Assembly (NCBI GenBank): GCA_030704615.1
Contig: CM060732.1
Span: 74,400,001-74,464,000, forward strand
Source: Takakia lepidozioides
Lineage: Eukaryota; Plantae; Bryophyta
Length of the DNA: 64,000 nucleotides
Direction: 5' to 3'
The notes below the pieces were generated by a model. The model was not told the DNA's origin and searched no databases. It saw only the letters and a program-made list of their open reading frames with translations. The number at the start of each line of letters is the position of its first letter. The stretch's first letter is position 1. Made by a program: the position numbers and the translations under genes. This document shows positions 51,353 to 63,965 of the stretch, one piece after another.

Positions 51353-52179
51353 GTTTCTTTTTTAACTTACAAAATACATTAGTGTTTTCCATAGATATCC
51401 ATCAACACCTGGTCTGGTATATGACCAAGTACTCTCCCAAACGATACCAGACTGGTCTGGTATCTAATACCGGTGCATATACCAGTACTGTATACCAGTC
51501 CTTCACCTATATACCAGTCCAACATTGATATTTACAGTTGTGCACTCCTATTGGAATCTGCACTTATTGTTGATATGATCATACATGTGTGCATTCATGT
51601 GCAGGACATGTGATCTTGATCTCTTGTAATGAAGGACACAGAAGGTCTTGGGGCAGAAGGAGGCATGCTATGGACAATCAGGGAGGAGGAAGGTGCTCGG
51701 TCTGTCACATTTTTGGATCCATATATGTGCAGTGGGTAGTTGGGTAGTTGGATAGTTGGGCTACTATTGAGAGATTATATTCTTGAAAACACTCCACTTT
51801 TTTGTTGATCTGGAGGCACTGCACAGATTTGAAACAGGGAACCATTGTCTTCCTATCATATTTCCATCAATTGTCGAATTTGTTTTTTACCCAATCGGCT
51901 CGCGACACCGTGTATTTGTGCAAAATAATATATTCTCCATATTATAAATTACATATAAACGGTATTATATTTGAATTCATATAAACATAATAAGTTCAGT
52001 ATACCTACAACACAAATTAAACCATTGTCCCCGTTCTCTGAAAAATAAAATAAAATAATAAAAAATTCATTTTAAATAAAATAAACAGAAAACAAATGCA
52101 TATCCACGTGACACGTGGCTCATTGTGGCATGCGTGCGAGATAGCGTCGTCCCTACCCTTGTCATCATCTGAAATTGAC

Positions 52180-52427
52180 ACGTAGCAGTCCGGGGAGAGT
52201 CGTGTGTTGCTAGAAATCAGTCACGGACGTGACCAAAAACACGGTCATGTATCTTGTTCACTAGGAGATGTCATCTAGAGTCATATTCATGATGCGGATA
52301 AGAGAGTCATCGTAACGACACGGTCTGGATGACTCTTTGCAAAAGAGTAAAAAATGAGTCAAAATGATCAAAAGAGTCATGAAAACAGTAAAAAAAAGTG
52401 TCATGAAACCCGTTTTTTGTACTAGTG
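52180..52427 (+). mobile_element. CACTA right terminus
   Basis: Ends CCCGTTTTTTGTACTAGTG (reverse complement CACTAGTAC) with GTCAT(G) subterminal repeats; cuts the adjacent LINE fragment. Confidence 0.75.
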
Positions 52428-53335
52428 CATGGTTGTGTCGAGTAATACGAAGGCCATGAATTACAAGATGTGTGCATTGACTAAGCAAGTGAAGCCAAGT
52501 GTCCCAGGTCAAGTGGGTGCTAGCACAGAGCGGACAATTTGGGGAGGGAAAAAGGTGGGGCCAGAAGGTGTGTTTCCGCTGGTGGCCCATGTACTGTGCA
52601 TATCTGAATTTAAGAGTATGTCTTATTTGAGCATTAGTTGCAAGATTAGTGTGCCAGAAGTGATGAGACAGTTTATGGTTCAGTACCGAGGATTGTGTCC
52701 ATGTCTGGATGTGTAGTTTAGTGTGGCTAGCGGAAGCTGAGGCTTGCTTGCTAGTTTCTCGAGTAAGGGAGGTAAGGAAGTTCCGGATAGGACAAGGTTC
52801 CGGGGGGCCAGGAACATGTTGGATGAATCAGAATGGATGGGCACGGGCAACATGGATGGGGTCTAGAGTGGGATCCACCGGGGGCCGGGTGGCCCCGCGT
52901 TGGGCAAAGAGGTCAGCCATTTCGTTGCCAGTGATACCAGTGTGCGAGCGAACTTTGTCAAAGTGGATGGGTTGGTTCAGGGAGATAGCAAGATGGATGA
53001 TGGCGGCAATGAGGTTCGGATCAGGGTGGTGGTGGTGCGAGGAAGGGCGGGAGAGGTGGTTACGGATGAGAAAGAGTGAGGTAAGGCTATCGGTAAAGAT
53101 ATAGTGGGGTGGGGGGAGTGAGGGGAGTTGGATGAGGGCATCATGGATGACCATGAGTTCGGCACGAAGGATGTTGGTTGGGCCGGGATGGCGCATGACA
53201 ATCCCTTGGTTGATAGCGACATGGTAAATACCGTATCCGGCCCTAGGGCCCGCTATGAGGGATCCGTCAGTGTAGTGGGAGTGGGCAGGTGGATAATTAA
53301 GAGGCAGAACCTGTTCGGATACCGGGTAGTGCTGC
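52428..53335 (-). pseudogene. RNase H + CCHC region of a RandI/Dualen-like non-LTR retrotransposon
   Basis: YTDGS, RAEL..I..AL, FTDSLTSL, KVRSHTGITGNEMAD, then LLKFRY...CPLC...DTWLHLLSQC...RHNHA. Confidence 0.7.
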
Positions 53336-53725
53336 AAAGTACTTGCATCTGGAGTTGAAGACTTTGCAAGGTATGACATCTCTACAAATGTGCCTTTCAT
53401 CTTTACTAACTAGAAAACAACTCAGTCTCGCCAAATTGTCAAGGTGGTTTGGATTTGTAGAAGATTCTGGAAGGTTTATGGAATGTTCTGGAAAATTTTG
53501 AAAATTTCTAGAAGATCCTGGAAGGTTCTTGAATGTCCTAGAAAGTTCTAGAATGTCTGGGAAGTGGATGAGCACTCCTTGCTCAGAGAGAAACTCGGAT
53601 TAATGCTCCTTAATAATGTCCATGTTGAGCTGCAGGACGGGTTGCGCTTCGTCGATATGAGCTGCTTCTTCCTTCCAGATTGTCGGGGCTCTGCCAGGGG
53701 ACCAAGGAAACTAGGGCCCGACCCC

Positions 53726-53970
53726 CACTACAACAAAACGCGGTAGTTATGACTGCCAGACCTCGACAGTCATGGTTTTCCTAACTTTGACCATGACTGC
53801 ATCATGATTCTAGATAAACACACCACCCGAAGTCATTCATATGACTGTAGTCATACAAACGACTGTCAGAGAGTCATTTGTATGACTATATGGCACCGGA
53901 AGTCATTCATATGACTGTAGACATATGAACGACCGTCAGAGAGTTATTTGTATGACTATTTGACTGTAAA
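53726..53970. mobile_element. Truncated terminus of the same CACTA MITE family as 27622-28521
   Basis: CACTACAACAAAACGCGGTAGTTATGACTGCC...AGTCATGGTTTTC..ACTTTGACCATGACT matches the reverse complement of ~28380-28521. Confidence 0.85.
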
Positions 53971-55968
53971 TTTTCTGTAAGTTTCTTTTTTCTATAAGTT
54001 TTAAGCTTAGAATCAAACACTACATGACTCTCACTACTATAGGGACTAGGTCCGATGTCCTATCAACTATCTTCAATTTTTTTATATGACCGAGCTACAC
54101 GAGTGGTATGTGTTCAACCACACATACCACACTAATATATATATATATATAGCAACCCATTCCCCGTCTTGGGAGAAGGTTAGGCCTACCATGTGGTGAT
54201 TTGCTCAGCAGGTCAAGTCCATCCACAAAGCATTTTTTCCTTTTTTTTCTTTTTTTTTTCTTTTTCGGTGAGTTGCCATGGCACTGAAAGCTAAGGATGG
54301 ATAAATTGAGTGGTCCAGATCGATCTGAATATTGTGTAGAAATTCCGGCAACACATTCAGGAGTCAGATGTGTCACTGGAAATTATGGCTACAATCTTGG
54401 AAAGAAGCCACCTCTAGTTGGCTCCCAGGTGATGAAAAGAAAAGAAAAGAAAAGAAAAGGAACTGGAGGAATATTCCAGTCCCAGTTCTGGCAAGGGAAG
54501 TCTATAGGGAGTGCAGGTTGGAAAGTGATGATAGAGTCAACGGCTGGATCCATTCTTTAGGATTGGGAAAGTCGCCCTCATTACAAGCCTTGCCCGAGCT
54601 TGTGCGAACAACCTCGTGGACTGTGCAGAGAATAAGGAACAGTAGAAAGCGGGAAGTGGAAGCTTGCTGCACTACTTTGACTAACTTTTGTAGCTGAATG
54701 GATGATGGCCTCCAGGATTGTCTTTTTATGGTACCATCAATTTGGCGAGGAAATTCATCTCAGGTTTTGAAAGGCGCTAAGAATCTTTAGATGATACGGT
54801 TCTGTAAAGAGCGTGCATGTGTGGGGCACATCTGCTGAGTTGCTTGAGTCTGTAGAACCCTTGTTATAATATTCCAGATACTCCCAGTTGAGCTTCTCCA
54901 ACATCAAGGTACTCAGTTGCTGGGGCGAACATTTGGGGCAGAGCACTTGACAATAAGTGGGCTCGTGCTCTTTCCTCTGAAGGCCCCACCACCATTGGGA
55001 ATTTTGTTAATCCCCGCCTGTTGGACTAGGGAAGCCCATTAGACTCGTCTTCCACCTTATGACGGAGTTAATCAAGTGGGTCTTCTGTGTGGCATGGCAA
55101 CAAGAATAGTATTGAGTATATCTCTCTCTTCGTCAGTCATTAAAAATTTCCTTCCATGCATAGAAAATTCCACTATTGCATGGTAATCCTCAGAGGTTGG
55201 TAGATTGATAAAATTGTGACTGTCCTTTCTGAGATAATGTTTTGCAGTCTTCAGAATGCTTGTGCATTTGGCAGGCCTATATATTTCGTGATTGTGTAAG
55301 TTCAACTATTTCGTCAGGATGTCAAGCGATTCATTACTGCCAGTTCTATGGAGTAAAGATTCTTCTCAATCTACTCGTTAGAAGAAATCTAACATCAACA
55401 CTATTGTCAATGGCAAACCTAAGAGGTGCCGATTCTTCTCTTATCAAACTTTAGAAGAGATATCACCCTCAACACATTTTGAAGATTCGGTTCTTGAAGA
55501 AATACAGGGGAGCATACTTTCCCCAGCCTCCATTGTTTTAGTATCTGGACTTTTCTGTTTTGTGATTCCAGGTAGAGTAAAGGGCCATCTGTATCTACAA
55601 TGAGAGGTAAGATAATTGCCCGAGTACTCAGAGAGATATCATGGTAGACTCTATGGGTGTTGCATGCACTGAGCACAATTTTGAAATAGTAAGAGCACCA
55701 CACAAGCAGCAGCTAGGCAGGGCTCTCCGTGGTAAATTTGCAAGCATGAAGACCTGGACTTTGTGTTGGTTTCCCCCCTATGTTCAGTTCTTTGACAGTA
55801 TTGTCGGAAGAGAGAGGTGGAGAAGTCTGTTTGAAGACTTCATTATCGAGAACTCCAGAAAATTTGTGAATTTGTACTCTATATCATTGTCGATGCGGAA
55901 GTGGTGTGCTACTGACGGAGGATATTTCCAAGGGCCTAGACCTTCCCTACACCACACAATGTCTTGTG

Positions 55969-55997
<29 letters not shown>

Positions 55998-56000
<3 letters not shown>

Positions 56001-59000
56001 GTCCTCTAGGAAGCCTATTGACATTGGGTGGACTTGAAATGGGAGTACATTAATGTCTCTGTGAATAAATGCCGGCCTTGTGACCTCGTGTCCTTGTTTG
56101 TTTCGACCTGAAGCGCTTTGCTTCAGGTAAGGTAGTGCATTGGATTTAGTTGGAAAGCTTGGGGCCTTTCCCTCTTTAGAATATGCCTACATTTCCTGCA
56201 ACTCCCTGGAGTGTGATCTCTGAATGGTAACAAGCGGACTCCTACCGCTTGGGGGCAGCCCCTCCGCCCAAATTGGGCAGTCGTATGCTCTGTCTAGCAT
56301 ACTCGGCACTTGGGCTCGGGTTGGTTCCTGTGCTTAAACTTATGGCCTACGAAAACAATCAAAAATTTAGCTCCTATCAACATCAACACTCCTCAGGGTG
56401 ATCCCTGGGAATTGGTTACTTATGTCAAATCTAGGGCTTCATGTGTAGTTTTTGGGGTGAATCCCAGGATGGACGATGTGTCCTTTAAAACTACATGCTC
56501 TAGCTTAGGCTTGGATTTCATGGCTAATGGTACCATCTCGAGACTTGATAACAGGGGTACGTTGAAGGTTGCAATGACCAAAAGTGCTTCTAATAGAGTC
56601 CCGCATCAATTCAATCTCAAAGAAGTTCGTCCCTTGACTGGCTGGAGAGCGGTCTTAGACATTGGTGATTCAATGGGGCGCTCTAGGAAGACAACCAAGG
56701 GCAACAACTTCAACTTGAGAGTTTCTAATCGGTTAGATGCTCTGGATGAGGTTGAATCCAAACAGCCAGAAGGACAAGATGCCCCTAAGTGTACGGAACC
56801 TGAACGTCCTGAATCTGAAGGATTTGGTACTCTGAATGGTTTACCAATCCTCAAGGTTTACACAAGACGAACAAATTCTACACACGGGGTAATTGTCCCC
56901 AAGCCGTCAGATGGACAATCTGTCCCTAAGTGTGCAGAGCCTGAACGTCGTGTAACTGAAGGATTTGGTACTCTAAATGGTTTACCAATCCTCAAAGTCT
57001 ACACAAGACGAGCAAAATCTATACACGGGGTAATTGTCCCCAAGCAGTCTGACGGTCAATCTGCCCCTATGTGTGCGGAGCCTGTGCGTCGTGTAACTGA
57101 AAGATTTGGTACCCTGAATGGTTTACCAATTCTCAAAGTTTACACAAGACGAGCAAAATCTACACATGGGGTAACTGTCCCCCCTTTGCAGAACGGTTGG
57201 CCGTCCAGGAGCAATCACAAGCTACCTAGACGACAAACAATTCACACGCAAAGGGCTGGCTTGCGGCTGGCCACTTTCAACTTCTCAGGGTTGACCAACC
57301 AAAGGAAACAACTTGAAGTGGGACAAGTTCTTCGGACTAATGATATTCATATCTGTGCTGGGCAAGAAACATGGGAAACGTCGGATAAACTGGTTGGAGA
57401 TGTCATTGGTTATAAATGGGCAGGTAAGATGTGTACTCTCAAGGCAGCCTCTGCCAAACGCGGTCAAAAAGGGGTCGGATTCTTTGTCCGTGATTTCTTG
57501 TTTGACAATTGTGAAATTATCAACAAGGGTTTGAGGTAGCATAGTATCTGGCTAAAACTGAATTTGAAGGCCGGCATGAGTACAAAGGACCTCTTTGTTG
57601 GTTGTGTTTACATGCCCACAGAGGGGACCCTTAGTGCTGACGCAGACAAGGCCTTCGAAGATGTAAAGCTGGACTGTGCTTCGTTCCTTGCCAAAGGTCA
57701 GGTGGTACTATTGGGGGACTTCAATGCCCGGGTGGGCAAAGGGATCCATCAGGACGATATCATTGGACCTTTTGGTGAGGACGAGCTGAATTCTAATGGC
57801 AGACGGTTAATTAACTGTCTAGAAGAGCTTCAGCTTTTGACCTTGAATAACAGGACAAGAGGTGACCAAGTGCAGTGGACTCGTGAGAAACCCAAACTGG
57901 GGAACGTTCCATTGTGGACTATATCATAATGGACAAAATTTTGTTCCCCCAGTGTGCCAATGTGTTGATCGACAGAACTGATATTGGTACCTCTGACCAC
58001 TTCCTGGTTTGGACTGAGATCAAAAGGTGTTTTCCCACCACCAAGAGATCTGTGAAACGATTCGATTCGGAAGTGGCGCATAGAAAAATTCCACAATGAG
58101 GAGGTCAAGGCTGAGTATGTCCAGGCCTTGCAAGAGGCTCTCCCTCATTTTGTCCAATCGCTCCAAGAACTTCAGTCACGCTCTGTTAACGCAAGAAATG
58201 AAGTCGAAAGAGCAGTGGACTCTTGGGAGAGTTTCGTTTCCGACAAGATCATTGGGAGGAAACTAATTGTCTGCGGTAGAGCAGTTAATTGGTGGACTAA
58301 TGAGATTAAACTCAAGATGGCTGAGAGACGAGCCCTCTATAAAGAGTGCTGCAATTTGGAAACCAACAGAGAATTGTGGGCGAGGTACTACCAGCTCCGT
58401 AAAGATATCAATCAGCTTGTTAGGTCTCAGAAGAAATTATACTGGGACAAGTTATACAGTGAAATAAACTCAAACCACCATGGTGGTAATGACAAGAAAT
58501 TCTGGTTGACCCTTCAACGTTTGTACAAGCCGAAAAACGGTCAGCAAGTACAAGCGCTGAAGACTACTAAAGGTGCAGTGGTGACTTCATCGGTTGACAT
58601 TGTCAAAACCTTTGAAACTCACTACAGTATCCTTGGCAGAACTTCTAGGTCTAACAGTGAGGGGTCTTCTGCTGAATGGAGGGACACAGTTGGAAAAACT
58701 GTTCCTATGATTCAAAACAGCCCTGATGAACTGGAGTATATTTCAATGGCTTATAACGCTCCCATTAGTTCTTCTGAGATTGTGGAAGCAATTGAACATT
58801 TAAATGGATATAAAGCTGGTGGACCTGATGGTATTGTCAACGAGCTTATCAAGCACGGTGGCGATCCCATGATAGAGGCCCTAGTTCTCCTCTTTAACCT
58901 TATCTGGAAGACTGAAATGATCCCCTTTCGCTGGCGACAGGGGGTCATTGTCAATCTATACAAGAAGGGTGACAGAGAAGAACCGGGGAACTACCGTGGC

Positions 59001-60792
59001 ATCACGCTCCTCAATGCTGTTGGCAAGACATTCTGCAGAGTTATAAGTACTCGTCTCGAGGTTGATCTGGAGTCTAGAGGTTGTTTCCACGAAGGCCAAG
59101 CTGGCTTTCGGCGAAACAGGGGCTGTGTGGATCATATCTTCACTCTAAGCCAGATTATCCAGGGAAGGAAAAAAGAAGGGAAACCCACTTATGTCTTTTT
59201 CCTGGATGTCAAAAAGGCTTATGACACAGTGTGGAGAGATGGCCTATGGTTCCGCCTCTTGTGGGATCGAGGGAAAGATGTGGAGAGTTGTCCACAACTT
59301 GTATGCTCACACCAAAAGCTGTGTCACTGTTAACGGACAGAAGTCCAACTTCTTTGACATAGACCAAGGATGTACTCTCTCCCCTCTGCTCTTCAATGTT
59401 TTCATCAATCAACTCCTCGAGGATGTGGAAAGTGAGGGATTTGGGTTAAGGGTGGGTGATACCACCATACCAGCCCTTATGTTTGCGGATGACTTCGCAG
59501 GCATAGGGGAGACTCCAACCAATCTCCAGGAGTTGATTGATTGTGCGAAGAGATACTTTGATCTTTGGGGGCTAGAGGCTAATGTCAGCAAATGTGCAGT
59601 GGTAGCATTCAACGACAGAGGAGAGGGAGGAAGTGATCTTAAGTGGCAGTGGGGTAGCCAAGAGATCCCGGTCCTCCCTTCCTACACTTACCTGGGCGTT
59701 GAGTTCTCCTCCAATTGTAATTGGGATGCACATATCCGGAAAGTTGTTCAAACTGGCAAGGGCAAAGCTCTGGGGCTCACTAAAATTTTCCACTGCAGAG
59801 GGGTCAACTCTGAGGTTAAGAAAACCATGCTTTGTCGCGTTATTAGACCTGCCTTGGAGTACGGATCTGCTATATGGGTTGATAACTCCAACCAGGCTAA
59901 GTCTCTAGAATCCATTCAAGTGGGGGTGCTTAAGGAGTGTATGTCAGCATGCTCCAAAACAGCCAATGTGGCTGTTCGGGGTGAGTTTGGCATTCCGTCC
60001 TTAAGCTCCCGACGAGATGAATTCAAGGTCAGATGGTGGGGTCAGCTGCAACATATGCCCAACACCAGATATCCTAAATTAATCGACTCTATATCTTGGA
60101 AACAGGACCGCCCTGTCAAACAGGCTAAGTCCTGGCAGAAGAGAGTAGAAGAGATCCTCAAGGACCTGGACCTGGATCCGCAAGTCTTGACCCTGCTGGA
60201 TAAATCTGACTTAGAGGCTGTAGTGTCCTCAGCCATGTCTGTTGCCATGAGATTGTCTGATGAAAATGAAGTTAGGCAGAAAACTTCCCTGAACTTGTTT
60301 CCAGTATCTTGGATGACCTCAAGGGTCTACCTACTCTCGGCACTAGACTGAAATTTAAACTCAGGGCAGGAAGCCTACCTTTGAACAGCAAACAGAAGCA
60401 GAGAGGAAAAGGAGAGTGCAATTGCCCGTTGTGTGGGCAATCTGAAGACAGTATTCATTTTCTGATACACTGTCCGGGGTTCTCTCACCAAAGAGACGCT
60501 CTCTTCAAATCTATTAAGGGAATTGTGCCTGTACCCCTGTTTACCAACTTTGAAAGTCTCGAGGCTGAGCCAAAAGCCCAGGCCCTCCTGAGGCCTAGTT
60601 TTTGGGCAAATCACACACAGCAGATTGATGCTTGTGTGAAGGGATTTCTAGAGGATATCTGGAAAACCCGGATTAATTCTTTATATGGAGGTAAGTCAGC
60701 CCCTGACAGAGGTAGGTTCTGTCCCTTTTGTTCCCGCTCAAACTAGGCGCGGGGTCAATGGCCACAAGGCTACAGCAAACAACGTCTTATGA
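55998..60792 (+). mobile_element. Near full-length APE-RT non-LTR retrotransposon (RTE/RTEX-like group, clade uncertain), disabled
   Basis: APE (ATFNFSGL, QETW, KGVGFFV, GDFNARVG, SDH), RT (NYRGITLL, EGQAGFR, FLDVKKAYDTV, GCTLSP, FADDF, YLGV) and C-terminal CPLC...HFLIHC. Follows a (CT)n tract; no poly(A). 5' boundary approximate. Confidence 0.9.
56781..57182 (+). repeat. In-frame 141-bp (47-aa) tandem triplication upstream of the APE domain
   Basis: Units start at 56781, 56922 and 57063; each encodes FGTLNGLPILKVYTRR. Confidence 0.95.
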
Positions 60793-62467
60793 GTACAATC
60801 TCTCTCTGTGTGCTACCACCCCTTTTGCTAGGAAAGGTCTTTCTTTGAGACAACTCGGATCTATCTCCAGCCCACTTTTTCTGGCCACAGTTTATTGACA
60901 CGTCTGTCTCTGTCTTGGCTCAAATGCCTATGGGGTTGTTGGAGTTCTAACCAGCCTCCCTCGATCTGTTGGGGCACTTCCTAATATCTGGAATTATCTG
61001 TTTTTGTGTCTTTGAGTCTGCATTCTTGCTGTGTGAAAGGATGTAGGCATTGGACGCGGAACAATTTCCATTGAACTCTTCTGGTAGCAGTCCCCTTTGA
61101 CCTGTCGATTACAAACTGCTGAGCGAGAGAAGGGAAAGAAATGAATGGAACTTTATAACGTCCGCGGAAAGCTCAAAGAGCGAGAAAGAACCAGATTTAT
61201 TACATCCATGGGAGGCCCAAAGGCCTCAACAGTAGACCATAGTAGAGAGAGAGGAAAACCACTGTTCTGTCAGAGCCACACGATGCACACATTTGTAGTC
61301 ATAAACACTCCAAGTGTTTAATGTAAACTTTAGTCATCAACTGACTAAGACTGACTTAGACTTGAAGGTGACAAGATAATAAAGAGCAATAGTGCGTAAA
61401 GCAGGTGGACCGCAGCTAGAGCAACCTGAGACAATCAACTTAGCAGTGGGAACTACTTGATCGTATCTTTCCATATTTAGGTACATATTTTGCAAATGCA
61501 CATTTACATCTGATAATTACAGAACATGTATTCACCTTTCTCAGATCATTGCAGGCTGTTCAAAAGACAACCTTAGTAAGTAGATTATGTTCGGAGTCCT
61601 TAGTTCTATCTTTCTAACAATCTAAAGATAAAGATAAAAGATAAAGTTTCCAACAATCTAAAGAGAAAGGCTCACTTTTGAGTTGGCAAGCTTCTTGTCC
61701 CATTCTTCCACCTTTTCGCGATTGGTTATGGGCAACTCTCTTCTTCTACATCTATGTTTCCATCTGATGTTGTGAGAGGATAAGCGGTGTAAGCTTCAAC
61801 AGCAGGCCTTGAAGGCAAGTCCTGGACACTTGCTATTCTTTGGGAACTAGTGTCAGAACAATTAAGTTCCAAGTAAAATTACATAAATGGCATGTAGGGA
61901 GTGACTATTTGATGGTTGGGATTGAACCACGCTGGGAAGCAATTAGCACTTCTTGAAATGGAATCTTGAGTATCTAACCGTGAGCATCCTCTCATTGTTG
62001 AAAGCACGAAGCTAAGAGTGTGTTTCTTACTGTCTGGTACACTACATAAGGCCTCTGGTGATGTCCAGATTCAGTACAAATAACAGCACATCTGGATTGT
62101 TGAAAGCATAGCGCCCACGAGCTTCCAGCTCATCAAAGAAAGAGATTTATTTCCGCAAGGACCAAATAATGTGAACTGGTCAGTCTCTGTAACAGATAAG
62201 GGTATCTGCATTGCTCACCTCAAGGCCCCCATACAGAGTAAGTATGTTTCAATTCAAAGAAAGGTCATCTCTAGAATTCCAACTCGCAAACAGCTTGAAA
62301 GGTTTGGAACATATCAGGATCACGTGCTGTGGATGCAACACCAATTAGCCTGAGTTCAACAAGCTCAAAGGTGCAGACCTCTTAGAGGTCCAAAACAACA
62401 CAGGTCAAATGTTTTCAAATTGAAACCTATCTCTAGCAGCGTCACCCTGTTACAATGCTATGATGGG

Positions 62468-63965
62468 TTAGTGATTAGGGTGCACATTTGGTATGGAAGG
62501 GCAGGGAGCTGATGTTGTTGTACGGGGAGAAAATGCTGCTGCCTGCTCGAGGTGTGCAAGAGTGGTTTTGTACACACTTGTCATGTAAGCCACCAGCTTC
62601 TCCTCGGTAAAATTTGTAACGGGGTTCACCTCAAAACTCCAGTCCACCTTTGTGCGACCCTCCCCAGCATCTTTCAACTGCAAAACATGCCAAACCAACG
62701 TGAGTGCGAGAGCTAGAGAATAAGACAGAGAGAGAGTTCCACAAGATACGAATTTGTTAACAATAGGGAGACAAAAGTTGAATGCTATGAGCTGTGCTCG
62801 CCAACAACAGACAATGCTCTGAAAACCGATTTCAAAAGTGTGTGCGTGAGAGAGAGAGGAACAGATAGGAGAGATAAGCTCCAGGTTTACATTGCCAAGA
62901 AGCTCACATTAGCAAAATATCGGTTCCCCAACATAGGTGGGTCAGAACTTTGCTACAGATAAAGACCTTGTTATACAACTTCTTTAGACACTATACAGAG
63001 GCATGCATTATTAGATTCGCAACAAAGCTTCAACCCATGCATAAAAGGAAATGGAACTGTTTGAAGTGTACTCTTGCCTTACAGGCCTCCATCTGTCATA
63101 GATGGGAGGTGACTATGAAACACAGTTGATCCCACCTCGAGTGGGGTCACCTGTAAGTACGACTATCTTCATCATACTCAAACACAACCCCATTAATCTG
63201 TCCTTGCAATTGACCTCTCCAATTCATTGGTTGGTGCAATGGTTAGAGGTTTTGTCAAGAAATGTCAGGACATGGCCAGTTCAGTAGCGTTCCCTTAATG
63301 GGACAAGCAATGGAATAAGTGGCATCTCAAACTCACAGCTACTTAAGCACTGTTCAAGAAAGTGTCTGTCAACAAGCAAACATGCACAGATTTCTCTCCT
63401 TTTTCAGTTGGTTGTTACCTGTTACTGCAGATATGTTAGTCCATGGGTAAATGGCACATCTCTGCTCTCTTACCTCTCATACACTACCACGCCACACGGA
63501 CCATATGAGTGCAAGCTGCCTATAGCAAGAACAGTCTAAATAAGGACATCTCAAGTATCTAAGCGTCTATTTTCCTGTCTCTTGCTACTTCCATCATCAC
63601 CTACATGTGAAACCTTGCTAGGTGTAACTCACCTGCACCTTAGCAATATAGCCTTCAAAACCAAAACAGCTATCTTCCATCGCATACGACAAGCAGTGAT
63701 TCTCATCATCAATCATCAGCAACCTCTCTTTTGCCCAGGTTTCTCCACCACCCTCCCTCGGAAACGAATGGCCAACAGCATACCGCAAGCAGCCAGGTTT
63801 GCGATCCTCACCCTCCACCATTTCACAAGAATCCATTGTCGGTATCCATTTGTTTATGCCACAAAAATCTGACTGTAAAGCCCAAGCTTTATCCAATGGA
63901 GCAGCAATGATAACAATGATCGAGCCATGCCACTTGGCAGCTGGCATAAGATCCTCACTCGTCAT
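62468..63965 (-). CDS. SRPBCC/START-fold (polyketide cyclase 2, lachrymatory-factor-synthase-like) protein; exons 63965-63633 and 62677-62468
   Basis: KWHGS...APLDKAWAL.SDF...KWIP...C..VEG..KPGCLRY...WAKERLL..D...LSY, phase-0 intron GTGAGT...TTTTGCAG, then VDWSFEVNPV. About 180 aa from ATG 63965; the frame stays open to the window edge so the start may lie further upstream. Confidence 0.9.

Noticed and set aside
53440-53565. Copia-like LTR with TTCTAGAA/TTCTGGAA heat-shock-element-like repeats
   Set aside because: No LTR termini, PBS or PPT identifiable; fragment too short to classify.
54500-55700. Coding-like minus-strand stretch
   Set aside because: Many stops and no identifiable family motif; cannot be supported as a feature.
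63226-63300. tRNA/SINE head within the SRPBCC intron
   Set aside because: A-box-like TGGTGCAATGG only; no convincing B box or tail.
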